From the NCBI GenBank assembly GCA_965218435.1, contig CBDCKW010000009.1, positions 544,001 through 608,000 on the forward strand: a stretch of DNA of 64,000 bases, written 5' to 3'. This stretch comes from Truepera sp. (lineage in GTDB: Bacteria > Deinococcota > Deinococci > Deinococcales > Trueperaceae). The translations under genes and the position numbers were made by a program. Every line of letters starts with the position of its first letter. Within the stretch, counting starts at the first letter, position 1. The notes under the pieces are model-generated. The model made no database searches. It saw only the letters and a program-made list of their open reading frames with translations, and was not told where the DNA came from. Positions 1 to 10,378 of this stretch are shown here, piece after piece.

Positions 1-604
1 CTAACCAGTTCTCTGCCTCAGCCAGCGGGTCAGCGCCCGGGTAGAGCCACCCTAAGTCTTGCGAACTCACCTTGACGAGACGGCTGAGGTTTAGGGCAGT
101 CTCGAGTAGGGGCTCGTAAGCGTCCCGGCTGGGTATCAGCGCCGGTCTGATATTGGGATCGAAGACGGTGCAGCGTTCTTGGTGTGCAGCCAGCGTCTCT
201 AAAATCGCAGTAGCGCCGGGTTCACGTACCAGGCTCAGCGAGCTGAACGCCAAAAACCGGGTTTCGTCGGGCAGCTTGGGACGAGGGTGAGGATCATAGC
301 GTGTATAGAGGTCGCCGACGAAGGTAAAGTCCACATCACCGCCCGACTCGGCGACAAACGCCAGCGCCGAGGGTGCGTCGTCTCTTACGATCAGCGAGCG
401 GTCTACACCGTTGGCCTCGAGGTGTTCTAAAATCGCTTCACCGAAGAGGTCGCGCGACACTTGTGAGGCGAGAGCCACCGGGGTGCCCAGCCGCGCCACC
501 GCCAGACTCACGTTGAGCGGACTGCCGCCGACAAAACCCTGAAACGCCAATGGGCCGGTCGCCTTAAAATCAATCAGAGCTTCACCGAAACAGACGATGT
601 TCAT
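1..604 (-). CDS. PfkB-family carbohydrate kinase (fructokinase-like), 3' end runs off the window
   Basis: Own translation from ATG 604: MNIVCFGEALIDF...GGSPLNVSLAVARLG...FDPNIRP...VKVS (PfkB signatures); not in the ORF track because it is truncated. Confidence 0.88.
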   Translation of the reverse strand, partial: MNIVCFGEALIDFKATGPLAFQGFVGGSPLNVSLAVARLGTPVALASQVSRDLFGEAILEHLEANGVDRSLIVRDDAPSALAFVAESGGDVDFTFVGDLYTRYDPHPRPKLPDETRFLAFSSLSLVREPGATAILETLAAHQERCTVFDPNIRPALIPSRDAYEPLLETALNLSRLVKVSSQDLGWLYPGADPLAEAENWL

Positions 605-750
605 AGCTTGAGAGAGATAACTGTAGTAGGGTTGGTCATCGTAAGCGCAGCCTACCGCAAACTATCTTCTCTGAAAAGTCAGGCCAGCGCGTCACTATTT
701 TGCTCAGACCCTATCTCAAGTAAGGTTGTAACGGGGCGGCCGAAGCCGTT

Positions 751-1911
751 TTAACGTTCGGAGAGCGCAGGATTGCGTTCAGCGGCCTGGGGCAGGGTGC
801 GGCGGCGTGGTGGCGGCAGCGTGCCGAGCCTTAGCCTGTGCTGAACCGGCGCAGGGTGCGTCACGCTCGTTTGGGCCGGAGTACGGTCACAGACCGCTTC
901 GTAAGCGTCCAAGGTTTTTAGCGCGATAGTGTCCCAACTCAGGTCGCTCAGCGTAAGCGCGGGGCGCGGTTCGGCGGCCCACTCGAGGGCGTGGCGGAGC
1001 GTCTCAGCGGTCAGGTCGCCCTGAAACGTCTTGACCCATTTGTGTCCGGCGTACCGCTGCAGGTCACTCATCGCGCCACGCGCCGGGACGAGCGCCGGGA
1101 CGTCAAACGAAAGCGAAAGCACCGCGCTCGACGAATTGAGAATGTCTTTGTAAGGTAGCGCCATCAGGTTGCTCGCACGCAGATAAAGCTGCAGGTCGTC
1201 GTCGGGGACGAACTCGAGCACGAGTTTTACCCGTGGGTCGTCGCCCGCCGCGTCCCGGAGTTCGTCCCGGAGCCACGCGTCTTTAGTGCGCCCGACGATC
1301 AAGAGGGCGAGGTCACCCTCGGGAAGTTGCCGGAAGGTGCGGACGAGGTGAGGGACATTTTTATACGCGCGGATATGACCGGTAAAACTGACCACGCGGG
1401 CGCTCTGCGAAAGGCCCAGCGCCCGCCGCGCTGAAGCCGGTGTGACGGTGTCTTGATAGTAGCCCCGGTAGTGACCGAGTGGCACGATAAAAGACGGGAG
1501 CTTTTTAAGCTGCGGAAACCGCGCTTCGGCCAGCTCGCGTCCGTCCGGGCTCAGCGCAATCCAGCCGTCTAGGAGCCGCGTAAACTGCCGCCAGAAGTGA
1601 GGCTCGAGGTGAGGGTGCCTGCCTTCATGCTGCTTTAAGTTGTGCGCCGTCCAGATGATTTTAGTGCCGCGCATCCTGGCCGCGTGCATCTCGGTTAAAA
1701 GCCGGGTCGCCTGCGCACCGGCCCAAAAAGGATTGGGGTCGATCAGCCGGTTTTCGGGCCAGTGCATGTGCCATACATCGAAAGACTTTTTAACCGGTGC
1801 ATAAGCTGAAAAGTCGGTCACGTCCACGTCCAGCTGCTCTAGGTGTGTATAAAGCTGCGTAATGTACGGTTGCTGAACGTAGTGAAGGCCGGGCCAGGCG
1901 AGAACGCGCAT
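751..1911 (-). CDS. GT4-family glycosyltransferase
   Basis: HMHWPE, WTAHNL, GHIRAYKNV, LPYKDILNSS motifs; likely start ATG 1911 (MRVLAWP), not 2076. Confidence 0.8.
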   Translation of the reverse strand: MRVLAWPGLHYVQQPYITQLYTHLEQLDVDVTDFSAYAPVKKSFDVWHMHWPENRLIDPNPFWAGAQATRLLTEMHAARMRGTKIIWTAHNLKQHEGRHPHLEPHFWRQFTRLLDGWIALSPDGRELAEARFPQLKKLPSFIVPLGHYRGYYQDTVTPASARRALGLSQSARVVSFTGHIRAYKNVPHLVRTFRQLPEGDLALLIVGRTKDAWLRDELRDAAGDDPRVKLVLEFVPDDDLQLYLRASNLMALPYKDILNSSSAVLSLSFDVPALVPARGAMSDLQRYAGHKWVKTFQGDLTAETLRHALEWAAEPRPALTLSDLSWDTIALKTLDAYEAVCDRTPAQTSVTHPAPVQHRLRLGTLPPPRRRTLPQAAERNPALSER

Positions 1912-2192
1912 ATCTGAAGATACTACACGATGTAAATAATTCACGTGACGACTGACTACAGTGATTTGTAAAAAACTTCCTATCGTAGCCTCAGCGTGTG
2001 TGCTAACTTCCCGTCGGCAAGTTGAACCAGCTTGACAACGCTGAAGAACGCGCCGCCTAAACTTCAAAAAAGTCATTCGCTTACCGGGGCGTAACCTTTG
2101 CTTTAAGCTTTTTACGGTCTACGCGCACTCACTGGAGCTCTGAGCGGCAGGAAATGACCGCTAACTGCCCCGCTGAAGAGCCCAAGCTCCGC

Positions 2193-4217
2193 TCAGTCGC
2201 CTTGGACCCGTGGTACCGAGGTACGCTGAGCTGCGCCGTCTTGATGCTGATACTGCAGTTCGTAGAGCTTACGGTAGTAACCGCCCTGCGCTAAGAGTTC
2301 AAAATGGTTGCCCTGCTCGAGTAACTGCCCTTTTTTCATCACCATAATCCGGTCAACGTTTTGAATGGTAGACAAGCGGTGCGCGATGATGATGCTCGTG
2401 CGGCCCTGCATGAGTTTTTCTAACGCGTCTTGAATCAGTTCTTCGGTCTCGGTGTCAACGTTGGCGGTCGCCTCGTCTAACACCAGCAAAATATCCGGGT
2501 TTTGTACCAAAGCCCTAGCAAAGGCGATGAGCTGCTTTTGCCCGGTGGAAAAACCCGCGCCGCGCTCACGTACCGGCGTGTCGTAGCCTTGCGGTAAACG
2601 TTCGATAAAGCTGTGTGCGTTGACGAACTTGGCGGCTTCGGTCACGCGCTCTAAGGAGATACTCGGGTCGTTTAAGGTGATGTTGCTGCGCACCGTGCCA
2701 CTAAATAAAAACGGGTCTTGCAAGACGATGCCGACGTGCCGCCGAAGCTCGATCTGGTCATAGTCTTTGACATCTTTACCGTCTAACAGGATGCGGCCCC
2801 GCTGCACGTCGTAAAACCGGCTCACGAGGCTGATGATGGTGGTTTTGCCTGCGCCAGTATGCCCGACAAACGCCACCGACTCCCCCGGTTGGATCGTAAA
2901 GTCGAGGTCGCGCAGCACCCACTCGTCCTCGTTATAAGCGAACGAGACATGATCAAAGGTCACCTCACCGCGAAAGCCGGATTCAAAGGTGTCGGCGTCT
3001 AACTCGGACATAATCTCTTCAGGCGTGTCTAAAAGCCCAAAAATCCGCTCCGCCGAGGCGGTTGCCGCCTGCAAGATGTTAAAGCGGTCACTCAAATTTT
3101 GAATCGGGCGGAAAAAATCTTGTGAATACTGCAAAAAGGCGGTCAACAGGCCGATGGTAATCACGCCGCCCGCACCTGGAGCCGTGCCGGTCAGCTGCGC
3201 CGTACCGTAGTAAAGAATCAGCGAGACCGAGACCGCACTGGTCAGCTGCACCACCGGAAAAAAGAGGCTGAACCAACGGACCTGTTCGGCGTAGGCGTCG
3301 AGCAGGTCCAGGTTAATACGGTCGAACTCGCGCTCGTTACGCCGTTCACGGTTAAAGAGCTGCACCGTTTTCATCCCCGAGAGGTTTTCAGACAAGTAGG
3401 CGTTTGACTTCGAGGTGCGCAGCCGCACAGCCCGGAACGCGTCGCGGATGCGGCTACGGACGTAGTTGAGGACGAAATACAACACGGGCATCACTGCGAG
3501 CGTAATCAGCGCAAGCTGCCAGTTGATGGTAAACATATAGACCATTAGACCGACTAACAACCCAACGTCGGCGATAATGCCGACCACGCCGTCTACCACG
3601 GCTTGCTGGATCGCCTCGATGTCGCTCGTGACTCTCGTAATCAGGCGTCCGACCGGGGTACGGTCGAAAAAACCCATGTGGAGCCGCTGCACTTTGCTAA
3701 AAATCTCGCTGCGAATATCAAAAATCACGTGTTGACCGAGCCAGTTGACCAGGTAGGTGTAGCCGTAGCGCAGGGCGAAATTGAGCACCCTAAGGCCCAT
3801 ATAGACGAGGACCAGCGTTACCACACCGCTGTAGCGGGCGCTTTCACTGAGGGCAGTATAGGGCGCGTTTACCGGTTTGAGATACCGGTCAATTCCCAGG
3901 GTAATCAGGTAAGGAAACACCGGAACGACGGCGCTATAGATAAGAAGCAGCGCGATGGCCCCAAAGACGTGCGTGCGGTAAGGGCGTAAGTAGCGCAAAA
4001 GCCGCCTCGAGATACCCCCACTCAGGCCCCGATCAACCGCTTCACCCTCTTCGTCAAAACGTCCTTCGCGCCGGAGCGCCTTAACCTTACCTGCCCGCGT
4101 TTGCCGCGCCTGCCGTTTGGCTTCTCTAATGTCGTAGTGGTCTATGTTCTGCACTGTTACGTTCTGCGCTGTATTGTTGTTCTGCACTGTATCCACCGTC
4201 ACCTCATTACGCGGCAT
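2193..4217 (-). CDS. ABC exporter half-transporter (TMD+NBD), heterodimeric multidrug/peptide type, TmrA-like
   Basis: TM helices, Walker A GHTGAGKT, FSTGQKQ signature, VLDEAT, IAHRL. Confidence 0.92.
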   Translation of the reverse strand: MPRNEVTVDTVQNNNTAQNVTVQNIDHYDIREAKRQARQTRAGKVKALRREGRFDEEGEAVDRGLSGGISRRLLRYLRPYRTHVFGAIALLLIYSAVVPVFPYLITLGIDRYLKPVNAPYTALSESARYSGVVTLVLVYMGLRVLNFALRYGYTYLVNWLGQHVIFDIRSEIFSKVQRLHMGFFDRTPVGRLITRVTSDIEAIQQAVVDGVVGIIADVGLLVGLMVYMFTINWQLALITLAVMPVLYFVLNYVRSRIRDAFRAVRLRTSKSNAYLSENLSGMKTVQLFNRERRNEREFDRINLDLLDAYAEQVRWFSLFFPVVQLTSAVSVSLILYYGTAQLTGTAPGAGGVITIGLLTAFLQYSQDFFRPIQNLSDRFNILQAATASAERIFGLLDTPEEIMSELDADTFESGFRGEVTFDHVSFAYNEDEWVLRDLDFTIQPGESVAFVGHTGAGKTTIISLVSRFYDVQRGRILLDGKDVKDYDQIELRRHVGIVLQDPFLFSGTVRSNITLNDPSISLERVTEAAKFVNAHSFIERLPQGYDTPVRERGAGFSTGQKQLIAFARALVQNPDILLVLDEATANVDTETEELIQDALEKLMQGRTSIIIAHRLSTIQNVDRIMVMKKGQLLEQGNHFELLAQGGYYRKLYELQYQHQDGAAQRTSVPRVQGD

Positions 4218-6048
4218 CTAAAGACGCCTCGAGCTGTTGCCTCTCATTGATGTCGGCGTACCAGCCGCCCGCTGCGACGAGTTCGGCGTGTGACCCCTTC
4301 TCGACCACCCGGCCCTCGTCTAACACCAAGATAAAGTCGGTGCCTTCAAACGCCGTCACGCGGTGCCCGACGATCAGGCTGGTGCGTCCCTTCGTGACGT
4401 GCTCGAGGTTGTCCAAAATCAGCGCCTCGGTTTGCGTGTCCACAGCCGATAAAGCGTCGTCTAAGATTAAAATACTCGGCTCGCGAACAATCGCCCTGGC
4501 CATCGCCGTGCGCTGCCTTTGTCCCCCCGAAAGCGTCACGCCGCGCTCCCCCAGTGAGGTGTCGTACCCTTGCGGAAAGTCTTCCACGTCACCGGCAAGC
4601 TGAACCAACTGCGCCACCCGCTGCGCGTGCGCCCGCGTGTCTTCCGGCGTTTCTTCAGGTACGCCGTAGGTGATATTTTCAGCAATTGTGTCGGAAAATA
4701 AAAACGGCTCTTGCGGGACCAAACCGATATTTTCACGTAAAACCTCGACCGGGTAACGTTTGATATTGACGCCGTCAATCAGAACTTCGCCCTCGTCCGG
4801 GTCAATCAACCGAGTAATCAGGTTGACGACCAGCGTTTTGCCCGACCCCGTATGACCGGTCAAGCCGACCTTGGCCCCCGCCGGAATCTTAAAGCTTACG
4901 TTGTCTAGCGCAGCCACCTCACCAAACCGAACGGTGACGTTCCTAAACTCGACGGCTCCCCGCACCGTTTTCAAGCTAAAATCGGTGTCGGCGTTGTCCA
5001 TCACACTTGGCTGAGCGTCTAAAATCTCCCGAAGTCTTCCCCACGAGGTAAAGCCGCGCTGCGCCATCGACGCAATCCAACCGAGCGCCAAAATCGGCCA
5101 CTGTATCTGCAAAAATAAAAACAAAAAGTCGATAAAGCCGCCGATGTTAAAGGTGCCGGTAAGAATTGCCCGGCCACCAAAGAGTAGCAGTACCGACACG
5201 GTGAGGCCGAACAGCATTTCCATGAGCGGAAAAAGCGGCCCGTCGGCTTTGGTCAGCGACAAATTACGGCGAATAAACTCGTTATTGAGTGCGCCGAAGC
5301 GTTCAGTTTCACGGGCCTCGATGCCGAAGCCCTTGACGACCCGGATGCCACTAAAGTTTTCTTGCGCCATCGCCGACACGTCCGAAAGCTGCGCCTGCAC
5401 CGCTTCGTAGCGCCGGATCACAACGCGGAGCAAGATAAAAAAGCTGAGCGTAATCAGCGGCACGATAATGAGCGTCAGCAACGCCAGATTCGCGTCCAGG
5501 GCGAACATCCGCCAGAAGGTAAAACTGAGGAGTAGAAGTGTGTTGAGGCCCTGAAAAATCCCGACGCCGATAAACTGCCGTACGGCGTTTAGGTCCGCAG
5601 TCAGCCGCGCCATCAGGTCGCCGACGCGGGTGTCGTCGTAATAGTCGGTGCCCAGACGGGTAAAGTGCGCGAAGAGGTCGCGGCGGATATCGAATTGAAT
5701 CTCCCACGAGGCGTTAAGCATCAAGCGGCGCACAACGATCATAGCGATTGACGCGACAACCGCCAGCCCCAAAACCGCAAAAACGTAAATCCAAACCGAC
5801 CCGACCGGTGGATTTTGCAGGCGGGTATAAACCTCAGAAAGTGAACCGGCTCCAGCAAAAATCGCGTGGATAAAAGCCCAGGGTGTGCTGAGCGTAACGT
5901 TGCCCGCTTCAAATGCGGCGGCGGCAGCGCCGATGACACGCGGCGTTTGCACAAACGCGGCGCTGTAAATGACGAGCATCACCGCGCCGAGCGAAAACGC
6001 GACCGGATAACGGCGGACGTAATGAAAAAGGTCTTTTAAGGTCTGCAC
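4207..6048 (-). CDS. ABC exporter half-transporter, partner subunit with degenerate site, TmrB-like
   Basis: GHTGSGKT, LSGGQRQR, ILDDALS (D in place of catalytic E); overlaps partner gene. Confidence 0.92.
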   Translation of the reverse strand: MQTLKDLFHYVRRYPVAFSLGAVMLVIYSAAFVQTPRVIGAAAAAFEAGNVTLSTPWAFIHAIFAGAGSLSEVYTRLQNPPVGSVWIYVFAVLGLAVVASIAMIVVRRLMLNASWEIQFDIRRDLFAHFTRLGTDYYDDTRVGDLMARLTADLNAVRQFIGVGIFQGLNTLLLLSFTFWRMFALDANLALLTLIIVPLITLSFFILLRVVIRRYEAVQAQLSDVSAMAQENFSGIRVVKGFGIEARETERFGALNNEFIRRNLSLTKADGPLFPLMEMLFGLTVSVLLLFGGRAILTGTFNIGGFIDFLFLFLQIQWPILALGWIASMAQRGFTSWGRLREILDAQPSVMDNADTDFSLKTVRGAVEFRNVTVRFGEVAALDNVSFKIPAGAKVGLTGHTGSGKTLVVNLITRLIDPDEGEVLIDGVNIKRYPVEVLRENIGLVPQEPFLFSDTIAENITYGVPEETPEDTRAHAQRVAQLVQLAGDVEDFPQGYDTSLGERGVTLSGGQRQRTAMARAIVREPSILILDDALSAVDTQTEALILDNLEHVTKGRTSLIVGHRVTAFEGTDFILVLDEGRVVEKGSHAELVAAGGWYADINERQQLEASLDAA

Positions 6049-6412
6049 AGCGGCCCTCCTGCAAGCAAGACCTAAGCTAACACAACCTCCAAAATGAGAG
6101 TTGTTTCGCCCTTACATGTGGTCTAAAGCTGGTCTATAAGGTGAATGTACTGAGATTGTGGTTTTGTGCGAGGTAGGGAGCGAGAAGTAGAAAGTAAGAT
6201 TTTATTGACCTTCTAAGTTTAGCGAAAGTCATGGAGTACGGAGGAGTAGAGATTAAGAAGCAAGAAAATAGCAGCCGAACAGCGAAGCTGGCGTTTTTCA
6301 CTTGCTTGAAGCTTGGTACAAAAGCAAACGTCAACCCAACCTACTAAAGTATCGGTCACAGCTTGATGATGTGTGACGATCTGAACAGGCGTCAAGCTAG
6401 TGCTAGATGGGC

Positions 6413-7579
6413 TCAGGGTAAAACCCTAGCCACCAAAAACTTGAGGTAGCGCCCTTCAGGGAATCCTGCCGGAACCGGATGGTCAGGAGCGTGGCCTGCT
6501 TCGTGAATAACTTGGGCGCGGACTCCCGCGTAAGCGGCTGCCTCACCTAAAACGCGGCGAAAGTCCTCGGGTGAGACCTGCGCGGTGCAGCTCGCGGTGG
6601 CTAAAAAACCGCCCGGTGAAACGCAGCGCAGCGCCTGCGCGTTGAGTTTGCCGTAGGCGCGGAGCGCCGCGAACCGGCTTTTTTTGTTACGGGCCAGCGT
6701 GGGCGGGTCGAGCACCACCACGTCGAATTTTTCTTTGCGCTTTGTATATTCAGTAAGCAGCGAAAACACGTCGGTACTTAAAAACGTATGGGCGTCCGGG
6801 TTGAAACCGTTGAGGGCAAAGTTGCGTTTGGCGTCTTCGGTCGCGGCCGGGGCGATATCTACACTCGTCACGTGCGCCGCCCCACCCCGGAGCGCGTAGA
6901 GCGAAAACGCGCCGGTATAGCTGAACAAATTAAGCACACGCTTGCCCGCCGCAAACCGGGAAAGTGTCTGCCGGTTGTCGCGGTGGTCTAAAAAAAGGCC
7001 GGTTTTCTGCCCGTCGTAAAGGTTGGCGAGAAGCTTGATTCCGTTTTCCTGAACCGTGACTTCAGGCGGCGGCAGTTGGCCCCACAAGGCGCGTGTTTCG
7101 CCGGAATCCCTCGAGACCACCCCGCGCAACTTGAGTGACGCACCTACAGCTTTGGCAACTTCGGGTACGAGCGCCGCCACACTTTCCGAATAGCTTTTTA
7201 GGACGGCAAACCGTTCGTAGCGGTCAACCGTAAGCCCCGGTAAAAAGTCGCCTTCGCCGTACACGAGGCGGCAAGTGTTGGTCTCCGCACCGATAGTCTG
7301 TGTGCGCAGCGTCAAGGCGTCTCTTACTCGGTTTTCAATCCACTTGCCCCCTAGCGGCTCACTCCCCAAAAGCCGCACCGCAATCTGCCCCTCGGCGTCA
7401 AAAAGTCCGTAAGCCTCGGCGCTACCGGCTCTGACCCTTACCCAGTCACCCGTTTGTAACGTGTGTTTAGACAAATGATTGCGGTAAACCCACGGATGAC
7501 CCGACTTTAAGGCGGTTTCTAAGCCGGGGTCTAAGATGAGGACTGCTGAGCTAAGGGGCACTGTTAGAAGTGGGGCCAC
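6413..7579 (-). CDS. RlmI/RlmK-like class I SAM rRNA methyltransferase with PUA domain
   Basis: GHPWVY, GQKTGLFLDHR, LNLFSYTGAFS, VLDPPT, SCT, DHP...EGRYLK. Confidence 0.88.
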   Translation of the reverse strand: MAPLLTVPLSSAVLILDPGLETALKSGHPWVYRNHLSKHTLQTGDWVRVRAGSAEAYGLFDAEGQIAVRLLGSEPLGGKWIENRVRDALTLRTQTIGAETNTCRLVYGEGDFLPGLTVDRYERFAVLKSYSESVAALVPEVAKAVGASLKLRGVVSRDSGETRALWGQLPPPEVTVQENGIKLLANLYDGQKTGLFLDHRDNRQTLSRFAAGKRVLNLFSYTGAFSLYALRGGAAHVTSVDIAPAATEDAKRNFALNGFNPDAHTFLSTDVFSLLTEYTKRKEKFDVVVLDPPTLARNKKSRFAALRAYGKLNAQALRCVSPGGFLATASCTAQVSPEDFRRVLGEAAAYAGVRAQVIHEAGHAPDHPVPAGFPEGRYLKFLVARVLP

Positions 7580-7605
7580 TCCTCAGCTTAACGAATCGCC
7601 AGCCG

Positions 7606-8343
7606 CTAGTAGTCGGTCCGGTTGACGTACCCGCTTGAGCCCCCGTACGAGACGATCTGCCCCGCACCCGCGACGACCACCGCGTTTTCCGGTATATCTT
7701 TAACCACCACACAGTTCACGCCAATCGCTGCATGATCCCCGACTTTTACCCCGCCGATAATTTTGGCACCCGGTCCGATAAAGACGTTATCTCCAATTTG
7801 CGGCGTTCCCTGACGCGCACCCCGGTTCGACTGCCCAATGGTTACGCCGTTACCGAGGTTGCAGTTTTTACCGATCACAGCGCGGCTATTGATGACAATA
7901 TCGCCGAGATGCTCCAAAAAGAGCCCCGGTCCAATCTTGGTCGTGGGCGGAATCCAAACCCCGTGCTTGTGCTGATAGTGATGGTAAACAGTCCGTACTA
8001 AGGGATAGAGGGTACGGCGCAGTACCGGACGCGCTCGGCAAAAGCTCGTCGTGCGGAGCCAAAACATATGCTTAAAACCCATATCGGTGGCGAGCGCCTT
8101 GACAAAAACGTTGAACCCTGAAGCTCCGGTTTTGCGGTAAAGGTCGGCACGTACCAGCTGCCGGTAAGCAGAAAAGCTCGGGGCGGCTGAGCTGGCTGCT
8201 CGAGCGGTGCCCGGCTGAACAGTTTTAGGTTCGGGCGTAGGAAGTAGGGGGGTACTATACCCTAGACCATGCCCATATCTACCCCGAGGTACCTGCAACT
8301 GCGGGGCTGCGGGGTGAGTTTCACCTGCTTGTACTTTAGCCAT
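7606..8343 (-). CDS. serine O-acetyltransferase-like hexapeptide-repeat acetyltransferase (probably polysaccharide-modifying)
   Basis: IGPGLFLEH, IGKNCNLGNGVTIG, IGDNVFIGPGAKI left-handed beta-helix repeats. Confidence 0.8.
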   Translation of the reverse strand: MAKVQAGETHPAAPQLQVPRGRYGHGLGYSTPLLPTPEPKTVQPGTARAASSAAPSFSAYRQLVRADLYRKTGASGFNVFVKALATDMGFKHMFWLRTTSFCRARPVLRRTLYPLVRTVYHHYQHKHGVWIPPTTKIGPGLFLEHLGDIVINSRAVIGKNCNLGNGVTIGQSNRGARQGTPQIGDNVFIGPGAKIIGGVKVGDHAAIGVNCVVVKDIPENAVVVAGAGQIVSYGGSSGYVNRTDY

Positions 8344-8478
8344 ACCGTTACCTTAGCAACTCGAGACTTTTTTTACAAAAAAGCTGTCACACTATCCTCG
8401 GTTCAGCCGTGAAGTGCAATTTTACACATGAGTCTCTGGTACCGGTCCTCTGTACTGGGCTTATGCAAACTTTACGCG

Positions 8479-9192
8479 TCAGCTTTGCAGCTCAGCCCGG
8501 TTGTCAGCTAACTGTTTGGCCTGCGCTAAAACCGCGTCGAACATCGCCGGCGTCAGTTTGCCCGTGTTGGTATTTTGCAAACTCACGTGGTAGCTGTCGA
8601 GCAGCGGCAACACACCCTTGCCAAACGTATGCAGCGCACCGTGAGAAAATTTGTAGGCGACTTTGGTCAATTGGTAACCTTGACGTTGCAACAGCTCAAG
8701 GTAACTGTTATGGGCAATTTTGCCAAGTGCCAAGACCACCCTAAGCTCCGGCAACCCCGCAAAATCTCGTTCCAACCAGCTCTGACAGTTTGCTAGCTCG
8801 CCTCTAGTCGGCTTGTTACCGGGCGGCGCACAGCGGGCGGCTGCGCTGATAAACACATCTTTAAGCGTCAGACCGTCGTCTAAGCTTTGTGCCAGAGGCT
8901 GATTTGCCAAACCGACGCGGTAAAGCGCCGGATAGAGAAACCCCCCCGAGCCGTCGCCGGTAAACATCCGGCCTGTCCGGTTTGAACCGTGCGCACCGGG
9001 GGCGAGACCTAAGAGCAAAATACGCGCGTCCGGGTCACCGAAGCCGGGAACCGGACGACCCCAGTACGGTTCATTTCGGTAGCTGCGGCGTTTTTCCCTT
9101 GCAACGGTTTCGCGGTGGGCAACCAGCCTCGGGCAACGGGTACAGGTCAGCAGCGCGTCCGGGGCCGGGTCGTAGCTTTTAGCCTTAGCCAA
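8479..9192 (-). CDS. uracil-DNA glycosylase family 5 (UdgB-like, Fe-S)
   Basis: CTRCPRL, GLAPGAHGSNRTGRMFTGD, RCAPPGNKP, SYHVSLQNTNTG. Confidence 0.92.
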   Translation of the reverse strand: MAKAKSYDPAPDALLTCTRCPRLVAHRETVAREKRRSYRNEPYWGRPVPGFGDPDARILLLGLAPGAHGSNRTGRMFTGDGSGGFLYPALYRVGLANQPLAQSLDDGLTLKDVFISAAARCAPPGNKPTRGELANCQSWLERDFAGLPELRVVLALGKIAHNSYLELLQRQGYQLTKVAYKFSHGALHTFGKGVLPLLDSYHVSLQNTNTGKLTPAMFDAVLAQAKQLADNRAELQS

Positions 9193-10345
9193 GCCCCAAC
9201 CCGGTTTTCAACCTTGCCAACGCCTCGTCTACAATCGCTGCTGAAGTTGCAAAGTTAAGCCGTGCAAAGCCCGCTCCGCCGGGGCCGTAAGGCGGCCCTT
9301 CGTTGAGCCCGACGCCGCACGCTAAGAGTTTCTCGTATAAACCGTCACCTAAGCCTAGACTGCTGAGCTCGAGCCACGCCAGATACGTTCCTTCCGGCGC
9401 TGCGTAACGACCGTCCGGCAAGTAGGTCTCAGCAAACTTCGTCACCCGGTTACGGTTACTCTGCAAATACTCCAAAGCGCCCGACAGCCACGCGCCGCCC
9501 CCCTTATAGGCCGCCTTCGCCGCTGTTTGCGCCATCACGTTGGGCGGCGTGACGAGCCCCGCACCCACCCGTTTGAGTCGGTCACGAAGCGCCGCGTTTT
9601 GCGTGATGACAAAGCCGACCTTAAGCCCCGCGATATTAAATGTCTTCGTCGGTCCCAACAGCGTCACCGTGCGCTCTGCAATTTCATCACTCAGCGACGC
9701 AAAGGGAATGTGCTGCTGACCGGGATAGACGAGGTCGCTGTGCAGTTCATCCGAAACAACCCATAAGCGGTGACGGAGGACGATCTCAGCTAGCGCCTCG
9801 AGTTCACTCCGCTCGAACACGCGCCCGGTTGGATTGTGCGGGTTGCAGATCATCAGCAGGCGGGTTTCGGGCGTAATAGCCTCTTCCAAGCCCGCTAAAT
9901 CCATCTCCCAACGCGACCCCGACCAGACCAGCGGGCTGTACTGCGCCGTCCGTCCGGTGTCGTTCACCGCCGAGATAAAGGGCGGATAGATGGGCGTTTG
10001 TAAGAGCACCCCTTCGCCCGCCGACGCGCACGCCAGCGCACCCAGATAAAGCCCCGGTACGATGCCGTGAACCGGCATGATGTCGTCCTCTTGAACCTGC
10101 CAGCCGTGCCGCTCACTCAGCCACATGGCGAGCGCCTCACGCAATCCCGGCTCACCCGTCGCGTAACCCGTCGGATAGCCTAAATTGCCACCCCGGGCGC
10201 GTTCAGCCAACGCCTGTGTAATCACGTCGGCGGGTGGGAAATCCATGTCGGCCACCCAGAGCGGCAACACGTCACCCTCATAATGCGTCCACTTCATACA
10301 GTTTTTTTCACGCATCGCCTTTATGGTCACGTCAAAAGAGGTCAT
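9185..10345 (-). CDS. PatB/MalY-family PLP-dependent C-S lyase (cystathionine beta-lyase-like)
   Basis: PLWVADMDF, CNPHNPTGRV, SDELHSDL, PTKTFNIAG; start ATG 10345 with TACACT 7 nt upstream. Confidence 0.9.
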   Translation of the reverse strand: MTSFDVTIKAMREKNCMKWTHYEGDVLPLWVADMDFPPADVITQALAERARGGNLGYPTGYATGEPGLREALAMWLSERHGWQVQEDDIMPVHGIVPGLYLGALACASAGEGVLLQTPIYPPFISAVNDTGRTAQYSPLVWSGSRWEMDLAGLEEAITPETRLLMICNPHNPTGRVFERSELEALAEIVLRHRLWVVSDELHSDLVYPGQQHIPFASLSDEIAERTVTLLGPTKTFNIAGLKVGFVITQNAALRDRLKRVGAGLVTPPNVMAQTAAKAAYKGGGAWLSGALEYLQSNRNRVTKFAETYLPDGRYAAPEGTYLAWLELSSLGLGDGLYEKLLACGVGLNEGPPYGPGGAGFARLNFATSAAIVDEALARLKTGLGLG

Positions 10346-10378
10346 GAGCATAAGTGTAACAGCCGCTAGACTGCCCTT

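Noticed and set aside
6049..6412. AT-rich 360-bp intergenic region as ncRNA or small ORF
   Set aside because: No convincing structure, RBS-start pair or family motif could be supported.
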